Assembly (NCBI RefSeq): GCF_964204645.1
Contig: NC_134025.1
Span: 13,826,001-13,890,000 of the forward strand
Origin: Tubulanus polymorphus
Taxonomy: Eukaryota > Animalia > Nemertea
Direction: 5' to 3'
Length of the DNA stretch: 64,000 bases
Shown: positions 26,510-38,250 of the stretch, in pieces
Position numbering within the stretch: the first letter of the stretch is position 1
Layout: every line of letters begins with the position of its first letter
Notes under the pieces: model-generated
Seen by the model: the letters and a program-made list of their open reading frames with translations, nothing else
Database searches by the model: none
Told to the model about the DNA's origin: nothing
Program-made: the position numbers and the translations under genes

Positions 26510-27075
26510 TACAAGCGTCAACTCTTGTGTCAGATGTAATTCAGTTCTATAAAGAAGCGAGATCACTAAAGGAAAACGCTAATTTCAATTTTCGGTGCTG
26601 GGCATCGAACAATTCACAACTACGTGGTCCTACCAAACGCGACGTTGTACTTGAGCCTTCTCGTTTTGTAAATAATTTTGGTCTCATGTGAGACACTGAT
26701 AGAGATTTGACCGCATATCAAATGCAAGTGGTAGTAGAGGAGTCTCACATCACAAAACGTGATATTTTTAAGAGGACTGCCAAAATCTATTATTCTCTTA
26801 GTTTTTTGACTCCCGTAACTCTCCCTCAAAATTACTACTTCAGAATTTGTGGAAACAGTCATATGGTTGGGATGATTTGTAACGAAATGATATTTGTACT
26901 CAATGGTTTTCTATTAAGGTAAACATGTGCCGCGCTTTGGATATGAGGTTTTGAAGAAAGTTACAAAATTTACAAATTTACAACCTACTGATTTAGAACT
27001 ACACGTATTTGGCGATAGTTTGACTCGAGCGTATTTGGAAGTAGCATACCTTAAATCTGGTAGTCAGTCTAGTTT
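26510..27075 (+). pseudogene. BEL/Pao pol relic, part 2 (RT C-half to RNase H start)
   Basis: QFYKEARSL..NANFNFRCWASN, ITKRDIF...AKIY..LSFLTPVT, LLQNLW..YGWDD and ELHVFGDS..RAY..VAYL continue part 1 across the LINE. Confidence 0.8.
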
Positions 27076-29590
27076 GACAACCGATAAATATGTCGGATTC
27101 TAGAGATAAGAAAACCCGTTCTCGGGTTTATAAATCGTTCAGTACCTCCTCTCCTAGTGGCGCGGTTCAACCTCCAGTAGGGGTGCAGGCCGGCGTTCCC
27201 TGGCGGGAGCCCTTGACCAAAAGTTCGGTGCGACAATCCCGCAGCAAGAGGGCTAAGAAAGTTGTGGAGTCGTCAGGGCTCGGCCAACCGCCACCGTCAC
27301 TCCAGCTGCGACAGTGGTCCAACAGGCCATTAAACCTCGGTCCGAACCAGTTCCCGGTTTCGTCCATAGGAATTCAGCCAGTCCCGTCCCAGTTGTAACC
27401 TTCCCCTGGGTCCCGGTCTGGCCTAAACGAGGCGGCACAGGATAAACCGTCTGTGCTTCGGTCCCGGCTACCCGTTCTCATCTGGGCCCGGGTTCCGAGG
27501 CTGAACCTATTAAAAACCTCGAATTGTCCCGAATCGGGATTTCAGAAAGACCCGAATCAGGGCTCGTTTCGAGTCGCTCGGCTGGATTTTCAGCCTCCAC
27601 AGGGAAACCGGAGTCACGTTTTTCTCAGCGAGCCAGCGCGCCAGTGCGTTGCTCCCTTGGAGCGGGGCAAAGGAGACGTTCCCCTTCGCCGTCGGGTTCG
27701 ACCTCTTCAAGTAGGAAAGCGTATGACTGTTATCGACGAAGAAGGGCATGCTCCCGTTCCAGCTCCTCCTCGAGGTCCCGATCTTCGAGTAGGAGCTGAG
27801 AGCGTCCTCGATGATTTTACAGGAGCCGTCATAGGAGGTCTTTATCTTTTTAGGAGATCTAGGGAGTCTGCACCTCCAATCCCATCCGGTTTGACCGATC
27901 CCCGTTCGACAGTAATGTTCGACCGACTGCCCAGCCCTTCGGGCTCGGTCGCCACTACTTTTGACTGTTCGGCGCCAGTGGATAGGCCTTTTGGCACACT
28001 CATACAGGAGGTTTTCTGCAAGCATGGCGCCACCGTGCCTAAACCTAAGTCTGGATCTGGCAGAGTGTATGGCCTCATATGTTGCCTCCGCACAGGACTC
28101 TCATGCTCTCAGCGCCGGAGTCCGGGCTCAAGCAGGGAAAGTTTTTCACCCTCACTGAGCCGCCAATTCCCGGTTTTAGAGCATCCTATTATAGTACGCC
28201 TGGGTCAACTGAATGATTGCATGGCACAGTCGACGCGGATGTTAGGTCAATTTTGTCCGCATCCTCGGTCACCCCCGTCCTTAACATTGAAATGCCTAAG
28301 GCGGGGGTGGTCTCTTCCGTGTCATTCCTGGAGAATATCACACGAATCGGGAGTTTCCAGGATCTGGCCTTGCAGTCACTGATTGTTGAGCCCAGGGAGG
28401 TTCAGTCCCTACTGGAAAGGGAGACGGTGGATCCCTCAGAGGTTGCGTCTGCCCTGGCATGTATGGATAGGATAATCCAGTCTCTGGGACGGTCAGCTTC
28501 ACATGCGATTCTTCTTGCCATCAGGGCTCATGCTAACATGATTCTGGTGGTAAGGACCTCATTGATAAAGGATTTTGGCTCTAAGCTCCCAGAGGTGACC
28601 CAAGATTCTCTGTTCCAGGCCCCACTGGGTCACTTCAATCGCCTTTTTTCGGGCTTGTGTGCTCCAGTGGCAGAGGAGTACCAAAAAATCAAGGATTCGC
28701 AGGCGAAGTCTAATCGATCTTTCAAGATTCCGAGGAAGCCGGTGCAGACTGCTAGTGCGGTAGCCACCCGGTTCCTCTGCAGAGCCAGGATTCGTCTTTT
28801 TCTGGACACTCGTCTTGGATAGGGGAAAGTCCTCCGCCAAACCCTTTCGGAAATCGCAGCATTGAGGATCTCGGGCCAGTGGGCTGTTGTCTCCAAATGG
28901 CAGCCGACCGCTGGTCCGATGTGTTTGGAGACGGATGGGCCACAAGAGTAGTCTCTAAAGGCTTCCGTCTCCAATTTGAATCAAAGCCTCGCCTGCTGAG
29001 ACAGCCTCCAAACATGCGACGCAAGAGAGGTCAAGAGTCACATATTACCCCTGCAATCGAGGAGTTGCTTCAGAAGGGCGCTCTCCAGTCTTTTCAAAAT
29101 GAGTCCTCTCCGGGCTGGAACTCAAAAGTGTTTACAGTGCCCAAGGCTTCAGGAGGCCTACACACTGTGTTAGACCTGTCCCTTCTCAACAAGCAACTCA
29201 GGGTGCCGAAGTTTCGAATGACCACGTCGCAGCAGGTAGTTCAGGTGCTCAGCCCCAGTCAATGGGCGACGTCGATTGATTTGAAGGATGCATACTTTCA
29301 GGTGCCGATTTACCCCAAGTCGCGTTGCTACCTCCGGAGTAAAATTTGTATTTCTGAGGGATACTTACGTGGGGCACAAGAGTTTCCTGCCTGCCTTCCC
29401 CGCTCGGCTCTTTGCACTGAGTTTCGGAAGAAATTGAGTCACGTTGCTCGTGGCGGTGCCACAGTAGGGTACCGGGTATTCCAAAAAATGTTTAGCGGTA
29501 TAGTTCCCAAGCTGAGGTAACTTCTAATATGTGCCCCACATAAGTATCCCTCAGAAATACAAATTTTACTCCAGAAGATTATGATTTTTC
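27075..29590 (+). mobile_element. DIRS1-type tyrosine-recombinase retrotransposon, internally deleted
   Basis: A GC-rich, Ser/Arg-rich gag-like region (27090-28820) precedes DIRS-type RT motifs in ORF 28879-29520 (GFRLQF, IEELLQKGA, SKVFTVPKASGG..VLDLSLLNK, KFRMTT, WATSIDLKDAYFQVPI). The RT breaks at ~29,335 directly into a 43-bp inverted pair resembling the ICR/right terminus. Confidence 0.88.
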
Positions 29591-29599
29591 GGCCGATTT

Positions 29600-30002
29600 A
29601 TAAATTCGCCGCGATTGGGCAAAAAAATACACTTGTGTGCCCCTACCTTTACCTCAACCTGAGTTTGATATCACTGATCCTGAATATTGGAATTTTTGAA
29701 TTTTCGAAGAGTTGCAAAATCGATATAAATTCTTGGTTACACTTCAAGATAAATTTTCGGATAAGTGGCACAAAGAGTACCTGATAAATTTGAGAGAATC
29801 TCATAAATCTGTTGGCAATAAATATCAAAATATCAAACCTGGAATGTTTGTTTTGATAAATGACACACAGGTTCCATGTTTACAGTGGAAATTAGCTCTA
29901 ATTACTAAGATTTTCCGCGGGGAGGATGACATTGTTTGGTCAGTAGAGTTAATAAAGGACCAATGGTGTGAAGTGAAAAATTTGTCATGTATAGGCTACT
30001 AG
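29600..30002 (+). pseudogene. BEL/Pao pol relic, part 3 (post-integrase C-terminal, DUF5641-like)
   Basis: ORF 29712-30002: KWHKEYLINLRE...IKPGMFVLINDTQVPCLQWKLALITKIFRGEDDIVWSVEL, the WxxEYLxxL / WxLGxI / GxDGxVR pattern. Confidence 0.85.
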
Positions 30003-30029
30003 TACGCATAAATTCATTCCATTGAAAAT

Positions 30030-30998
30030 TAAAAGAGAATTAGGGGTCCAGGGACACCATGCCCACTTTGGAAGTGGTTTTAAATGCTCAAAAATCTAAT
30101 AATTTCAATATTCAACGCCCCCTGTTGACCATATACAAAAACCAATGACCTTGAAACCCACAACAATCACAGAACATGTCAGCAGCAACGATTTTGTAAT
30201 TGATTGTGATAACAAAATATGCCTCGTTACCAATTTAATATGGAAATACTAAGTTACTTTACTATTCAACGTCCCCTGGTGACCATTTGCAAAACCCAAT
30301 GACCTTGAAACTCTCCACAATCATAGAACATGTCATGAACTACAACTTTGCGATTGATCATGGTAACAAAATATGCCTAGGTACCAATCTAATAAGGAAA
30401 AACTAAGTTATTCTACTATTCAACGCCCACTGGTGACCATATAGAATAACTAATGTCCTTGAAACTCACCAAAATCATAGAACAAGTTATGGGCTACAAC
30501 TTTCCCATTGATTGTAGTAACACAATATGCTTAGGTATGAATATAATGTGGAAAAATGTTTTCCACCTATGAATGAGTACTGATGACACCAAGATGGCCG
30601 CCAATTGGCTGATCAAGAATGCCTGTCTCAGGTATAAAACATCCCTTTCCAAAGAATACCCATCACAAATTCATCATACATGGATATTGTGTTTTCTTCT
30701 TGACTCGTGCTTAGGTATCAATATAATGTGAAAAACTTTTCCCACCTATGAATGAGTACTGATGACACCAAGATGGCTGCCAATTGTGTCATAATTAGCT
30801 GAAGAAAAATACCTGTCTCAAATATAAAGCATCCCTTTCCAAAGAATACCCATCACAAATTGCAATGAGAAATGGCAAACCAGTAAGAAGCTACAGGACC
30901 CATAATTCCGGCCAAAATTGACATTTTTGGGCACTAAAAAGGTCATAGGATGGCCATCTTGAGTCCGATCGACCCAATTTTTCTTATACTGATGAGCC
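30030..30998 (+). repeat. Helentron/HINE-like dispersed repeat with ~155-bp internal tandem subrepeats; continues at 36,292
   Basis: Three subrepeats TATTCAACG(C/T)CC..TG(G/T)TGACCAT near 30110, 30263 and 30417, and a duplicated ~180-bp block at 30530-30860. Collinear with 44,410-44,990. Confidence 0.7.
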
Positions 30999-33900
30999 CC
31001 CTTATGAAAATGGTACACGTGTATTTAGCTAAATACACGTGTAATATGAAATTACACGTGTACTTTTGACGTGTATTTTGAAGTACATGTGTAAAACACG
31101 TGTATTTCTAAAATACACGTGTAGTTTGGACATGTATTTTGAATTACACGTGTACTGAAGATGTGTATTTTGAAATATACGTGTAACTTAGGACGTGTAT
31201 TTTAAAAACACGTGTAAATTCATGTGTGGCTTCTGAAATACATGTGCAATCTGGATGCATGTACCTTGGCTAAAAAATTATACATGTACCTTGTTTCTCA
31301 TAATTGGTCACTTTTGTAAACTGCAATAAAATTTGTAATTACATCATTTAGCTTCACATGATTTCATAAAAAGTAAGATTTTGCATGTAATGTTCGGAGA
31401 ATTGAAGGAATCTCCTGTCTTTTTAATTGTTTGATCCTCATTTAGTAGTTTTTTCCAGGATGCCATGTCAAAAAATCATGTTGTTTGTCCTGTATTGACT
31501 AGATTGGATCCTGTATGAATGAGGCACATGTCTTTGTTGCCCTCTGAATAAATCCAAAAACTGTTTCACAAAAATCATGATCTGAACAAAAAATTTTGGA
31601 TATTTCATTTATTATCAAGATAACTAGAGGCTTAGGGGACTGCCCAAGCCCCGAATTACAATGTTATTTATGAAAAATGTTGAATATATTGCTGTCACCA
31701 GCTCCAAGTGTTCTGCTTTCCTTGTAGGCCCATACACAAAAAATGTCCTTTTTCCTCTAATGTTGCCTTATCATACCGTATATCACATAATGAACATTTG
31801 TATCATACCTGCAGTTTTTTGAATAATGTCTTATATACAGCGCAGTAATATTTGTTCACCTCCGCACATAGAGAAAATCTTTTCAAAATAGGCATTTAGA
31901 ACTGCGTAGAACCGCTTCTCAGTAACAGTAAATTCAACCGATCCAACAATCCAGTCAAAACAGTTGATGTGGATCCAGCTTTGAGGGAGAACATCATAAT
32001 AGTAGTAACAGCCCCACGAAGGGTCACCTCAGCATTTGTGTGGAGAGGATCATCTATTTCCATCAATGAGCTGTGGCTGCAAAACAGATTAAACATTTTG
32101 GTGATTGGTCAAGTTCATATCGGATGAGTAGATTGGCAATTATGATTGCATTCACTTTAGTCATAAGGCACTGTATTACTAACTTACGTCGTCACAACCA
32201 TTGTCTGCATTATTGGTTGATTGTGGCCATTTTCAATTCTTAAATCTTCCAGATTCTCAAAATCGACTTCTTGAAAAATCAAAATGTCCATCATTTAGCA
32301 ACATATTACAAACTACAAAACAAGAAGTAATTTGAGAATAAATTATTCCCAAGCATATAGAACTTAAGGCTACAGTAGGCCTATACGTAGGTTGGTTTCC
32401 AGCTAGCGATTTCGTAGCCTATTGTTGCGATGAACATGCATAACGTACCAGATCGGACCTGGATTTTTTGTCTGTAAGGGCTTATATACGAAATACCTAG
32501 CATTGTCTATCATACATTATCCATTATATATGTATACACCATATTTTGTATGTTATACACATAAAAAGTATGTGGTACAATGCGATCGTCCAATATACAG
32601 ACACTGAGACAGACAGAGGCCATCCCCTCAATTAGCACTGAGCCCGCTTGTGAAAACTAACAACATTAACATTAAACTAAACAATTGGCCTATGCAATAG
32701 CATAATTCTCCATGTCTCTTGTTTGTCCTGTCAACTTTATTGAACTGTCAAACCATTGAAAAGGACCAATAAAGTCAATTTGATTAGCTTAGATTTAAAA
32801 TGATCTTACCTCCAAATGTTTAACATGTAGGCCTACTCGCGTATTTTAACTGGCCTTCTACTTGCAATTTCTTTTTCAAACTCCATGCTTGCAAAAGACG
32901 AATTCGGTTGGTATACATCGATATTTACGGGTAATTTTTCCACTAAAAAGTGCATCTTTATGTTATTTGTCTTCCATTTTGGAACACTACTAAAATGAAA
33001 ACCTCACTGACGAACTGACGAGCTCCGATTAAATGGTTTTCAATGAACAGAAAAACAACCTAGACAAAATAATCTCATCTAAATGTTGAATTAAATACTA
33101 ACAGGCCTTATTCATGCACCTTTTTGTCTATTTTTATAATACAGCGTATATTAAAATGATCGTCATTTCTTCGCTGAATCGTTATTTTCAACTTGCTTAA
33201 TTGATTTTGCCTTAGCTTCATTGATTTTGCCTTAGCTTCATAATAACTTAGTATAAGTAATTTTTTTACTAATTAAATATCACTTATCACGATTATTCTT
33301 AAATTCTAAAAGAACTAAAATGCTGATGTAAAACTTATTAATAATTAAATAATCTATTTCAATTAAACTCCCAAGCACCCCTGCGCGGTGGCAGCCATAT
33401 TGCCATTGTTAAGCAACACGTTTTCACGCCGTTTTCACAGGCTTTCACGATCTATTCAGTATTATATTCTCATAATGATTGCAAAACGCATTAATGGATG
33501 ACAATGTATAATAGGGGATCATTGACAACTGGACCAAAAGTGACACTGCTTCTTTGTTTGAGGTGAAACACATAGTGGATCATTGAATGATTAGATTCAT
33601 TAGAGTGGATTCGAATGGAAGTGGAACAGAAAAAGTCGAAGGCCATTTGATTTATTATCCCGCGTTTAAAGGACGCGTTGTGGATTGTTCAGGTATGATT
33701 ATTGTTATGTACATGTAGTAAAGTAAAGGTTTATTGTGTTGGGCTTCAGGCCACCACAAGGTCACTAAAAGAATATGCTTATTGGAATGAAAACTAACAT
33801 GACTAAGTAAATATTGTAGGCCTAGAATCTTTATTTTTAGTATTGAATTGAATTTGAATTAGTTATAGTTATTAGTAGGCCTTAAATGATTGAATGTCCA

Positions 33901-36291
33901 GTGAAAAAATTGTGAGTGATCATTCCAATCGTGAGGGATAAAAATGGAGTTTCTTTGGTGTTTATTCATCCAATCTAAAAACCGCAGGATCATTTTGATT
34001 TTGTTGTGCGCCCATCATCGCCATTAAATTTGTATGCTGGACATGAAATTAGGTCGCTGTCGGAGTTTCGATTGTCGGCAAAAACGACGTTAGTGCAATC
34101 AATTCTTGACCATTTTTTTTCAAACTTTATAGGGTCTACACCAATAAGAATTGATCCAGACCGACACTATAAAATTGGAATTCCCATTTTTTGGCTTAAA
34201 AATGTGTCCACCAGGGGATTGTTGGAAAATGATGTTAGCGCGAGAGAGCCTTCAATGCTCCACTGATTTCTCAACAATGACAGTGTGATGAAAATCAGGT
34301 ATTTACATAATAGATTATATGAGCGTCGAAATGGTTTTAGTATAGATTACAGCGTGAGCATTGTAAATTCTTCTCATTTTAGGATGCCTACTCACTATTG
34401 AATGATACAACAGCTGCTGCCATACGCTGATTATTCTGAAAACCTAATACTGTTGGGTGCATGCATGCTGTCGTCCACTCATTTAAAAGAAGAACTAATT
34501 GTCAAGGCATTGGACTGGATGCGAAGCAATGAAAGTCTTCCATGAGAAAAAAAGTTGGACCCAAACCGGGTCAGCTAAATAATACGTAAGTACATGAATT
34601 CAATATATAATGGCTAGCGTTCATTTGTTGTTGATTTACAGGGGCGGATCCAAGCTGGAAGAACGAGGGTTCAGCTCTTATGAAAAGGGCACTAGTCAAT
34701 ACAGGTCTCACGGTGTGAAACGGTAGTATGGGGTTTCGGGCTATTGCATTCACCCTTTGTTCGTCTGTTTTAATACTCTTGATATTTAAGTTATACATAT
34801 ATCTATCCTAGCCATGTCTCCAGCCCAAAACTGGTCCGAATCAAGATGGCCAACTGCATTGGCTATTTTCGTTCCCCAAAATCATCACTTATGCAATTTT
34901 TTGAAGTTTTCAAGGGAAATTTTGAAGATGCTTCAATCTTGACACAAGATGGCCATCATGTGACCTTTTTTGTACCCAAAAAGGTCATTTTTGCCTTGTA
35001 GCTGCCTAATGGTTTGCAATTTTTCTTTGAAATTTGTAATGGGTGTACATTCTTAACAATCTAAAACATACGAGACAGATTTTTCGATCAGTCAAGCGTG
35101 ACACATTTGGCAGCCATCTTAGTGTCATCAGTTCTTATTCGCAGATAGAAAAAGGTTTTTGAAGGAAAATATCGACAGGTTTTGACTTATAGTCTTGATA
35201 TTTGATAATTGTTACCACTGTTGTAGTATTCATCTCATGTGGAATTGGGGTTACCCAGGTTTTTGTTCTCACCACCAGGGGGAGTTGAATATTGAATTAT
35301 ATACAATTTGTCTAATTTATTTTTGTACCTATGAATACTTTATAACATCGATCAATTATGAAATTGTAGCTTGTGACATGTTCTATGATAGTGGTGAGTT
35401 TCAATGTCCTGTTTCTATTTTATTATGTTGATTGGTTAGCATTCGAAACCATATGGGCATGGTGTCCCTAGACCCCTTGTTTTTCATCAGGTGGCGTTGA
35501 ACATTGAAATTTCCAGATTGTCAAGCATTTCACCATATGGCTTAAAATCAAGTCATTGAAGAGTGCAAAAACTGTTAACTGTTATATGCAGAAGACTCTT
35601 AGAAAAAGCTACAGAATTCAATCATCATCCCAAGCAGCTGAAGTTGAATTATTTATCCGGGTAAAGAAATCATTTTATACTTTTGCTTAATTTTTTTCAA
35701 ATGGTTATCATTTCAGAACAATGTCAAAAGGAGAAGGGTGCGAAAGAGGCCAACATAAGACATGCCATTACTCAAAGATTTATAAAATTTATGAAGATGA
35801 ATAAATCAGTTAGTATGGAAAATGTGAATCTCTTGAGTACGTTCATTCTAAACAGCACATGGATTAAGGAGATGGTCCTCACATGGTGGTTTGATTTGAA
35901 TTCAACAAAAAATAGCAATTGAAGACACATGTATTTAGCATGAAGTACACGTGTAAGACACGTGTAATATTGGATGAAATACACATGTAATTAGGATAAA
36001 GTACACGTGTAATACAAGATGAAAAACACGTGTAATAAGGATGAAGTACACGTGTAATACACGTGTAATTTGGATGAAGTACACGTGTAATAAGGATGAA
36101 GTACACGTGTAATTAGGATGAAGTACACGTGTAATACACGTGTAATTTGGATGAAGTACACGTGTAATTAGGATGAAGTACACGTGTAATTGGGATAAAG
36201 TACACGTGTAAAATTGGGCCAATTTTACACGTGTACTTGAAATACACGTGTATTTTCATTTACAATTACACGTGAACCATTTTCATAAGGG
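30999..36291. mobile_element. CACTA/EnSpm (CMC)-type DNA transposon, 5,293 bp, decayed
   Basis: 25-bp TIRs CCCTTATGAAAATGGT(A/T)CACGTGTA (24/25 match), 2-bp TSD CC (30997-98, 36292-93) and subterminal TACACGTGTA arrays at 31010-31260 and 35925-36275. ORF relic 31896-32096(-) DPLHTNAEVTLRGAVTTIMMFSLK...LLDRLNLLL resembles the region upstream of animal EnSpm transposase cores. Confidence 0.85.
34810..35530. repeat. Helentron/HINE-like repeat fragment nested in the EnSpm-like element
   Basis: Shares CAAGATGGCC, GCCATCTTAGTGTCATCAG and reverse subrepeat motifs with 30.0-31.0 kb and 45.3-45.9 kb. Confidence 0.55.
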
Positions 36292-37837
36292 CCCTTGGGT
36301 AAAACAAATATATACGAAAGATCAAGCGTCTTCACAATTTCCCTCAAAAACTTCAATAAAGGTCCAAAGGCCCTGTGGCTCACCATTACGTGATTGAGTG
36401 CATATATTGTCAAAAATATTATACTAAATATGAATTTATTTGGATTGAAGATGTATGAGGCTGACACTATATGCGCCTGCGGATGTGTGAGAGTGCTGTG
36501 TATATACTATCATTGCCGAGTCACTGTGCTATATATAGACTCGCTCAGGTGACTACTAACACACACAGCCATATACTGTAACCTATATTTGCGCACACGC
36601 GGCTGACTGCTGATGCACGTATATACAAATGTACTTAAGTCTATTTATTTCTATTTTGCACGACCTTTTTGGGATATTTCGCTTAGTTTTGGGTGTGCAT
36701 ACCTCTTAATCGAATCAGTAGGGTTGGGCAGTCCAGATAAATCATCGTTTTTATATCAATTTTGTACCGAGTTGAAGGATTGATGAATATTCTCAAAAAT
36801 TGAGTTTTAAATCGGCGAGAAAGACCACCATTTTGTTCATATTTGTTTATTTCTTTATGCAAATGAGCCATTGCACACATGCGCTATGAGGCAAGGATGT
36901 GTCAATTATATCATTGATGAAGCAGCTTCTTGTCGCCAAGAGACCAATCAACAACTCACAATCTTACCCAAGAAAGCTGTTTTAGTAAATAAACATGGCT
37001 TTGTCATAGCTATCAAAACAATGCAGTTTGAAAATGATTTAGGCCTATAATAGCGCAACCATTGCGGCCGTGCCCACGTAGTGAAACACGTGTGTGCAAT
37101 TTACTCTCCCCATGAAAAATAAACTTACCCAGATCACATGGTACACACTGCTCATTTGCATAAAGAAGTAAACAAACTGGAACAAAATGGCCATCTTTTT
37201 GGGATATTTCGCTTAGTTTTGGGTGCGCATAAACCGAAATTAAACAGCCTACTCGCTTATATTCGTGACAACGAACAAATTATAAGCAAACGTACGATAC
37301 CTAGTCGAATAAAATGCTCACCATTTTGTTTTGGGTTTCACATTAGGCTTTCCCAATGGGCTTTCCCAATTACATCAGAAACGCCGAAATTCCCAGAATT
37401 TTCCGTGTATCCCACAAACAGCATGTCACATTCATTGTAGCTCAGGTTACAAGGTCAACTCAAATAAATAGAAGCGAGGAAATTTAGGGGGTTTATAAAG
37501 TGAAGGCCTGTAGGTCGAAAAGTACATTGAGATCAGTCGAACTAAAAACGGTGACACTTCCAGGAAGGATTGAACTTATATATTTCAATTCCAAGCATGC
37601 AAATTGTCATATATAAAAACGTGCCATTACTTAGTGCTAAAAAGCAGGGTTTTTGTGTGTTTTTCAAGAATAAGTCCCCTAAAAATAACTTGATCACTAT
37701 GAAATTTTTGTGGGCTTGAGAACTCATTAAGCTAAACCATGACACCAAAAATCAACACTATTCTTTCAATAGCCAATGTTTGTGCCTTGTCTACACACCG
37801 GTACTCTATTACATTTTCAATGAAAACTGCTTCATCA

Positions 37838-37966
37838 GGGGTTAGTTGCTCAAAAGTTGGTTAAAGATAACCAGTGGATAGATACCATAGTAACAATGAA
37901 CTTTTAATTGTCACTATGTCAACTATCCACTAGTTAACTCTAACCAACCTTTGAGCAACTGGCCCC
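37838..37966. mobile_element. 129-bp palindromic Harbinger-like MITE
   Basis: GGGGTTAGTTGCTCAAAAGTTGGTTAAAGATAACCAGTGGATAG mirrors CTATCCACTAGTTAACTCTAACCAACCTTTGAGCAACTGGCCCC; TCA/TGA flanks. A decayed half copy lies near 55,495-55,545. Confidence 0.75.
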
Positions 37967-37984
37967 TGACCGTTTGCATAGGCA

Positions 37985-38250
37985 AACCTACGATTCGCCA
38001 AAAATGTATAAAAAGTGCTGATTTTGGCAAACAACAATGGCTGCCAGTCAGCCATCTTGATTCTGACAGGGCCAGTTTTTGGGCTGAAGATGTGTCTAAG
38101 GTAGACACATGTGTAACCCAAATATCAAGACATTACATTGAAGCGTCTTCAAAACTTCCCAAAATAACTGGATTCCGTCTACGGACAGACGAATGGACGA
38201 AAAGTGAACGCAATAGCCCGCTGGGACTTAAGTCCCAAGTGGGCTAAAAA
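37985..38250 (+). repeat. 3' end of Helentron/HINE-like element with terminal hairpin
   Basis: GACA/GACG microsatellite-like run, then TAGCCCGCTGGGACTTAAGTCCCAAGTGGGCTA-AAAA. The same terminus occurs at ~20,675-20,705 and ~45,884-45,921. Confidence 0.7.

Noticed and set aside
33201-33240. Perfect 20-bp tandem duplication TTGATTTTGCCTTAGCTTCA
   Set aside because: Real, but most simply a local slippage or repair duplication inside a decayed transposon.
35925-36275. CRISPR-like array
   Set aside because: Units are near-identical head-to-tail repeats without unique spacers, lie inside transposon TIRs, and the context is eukaryotic with no cas genes.
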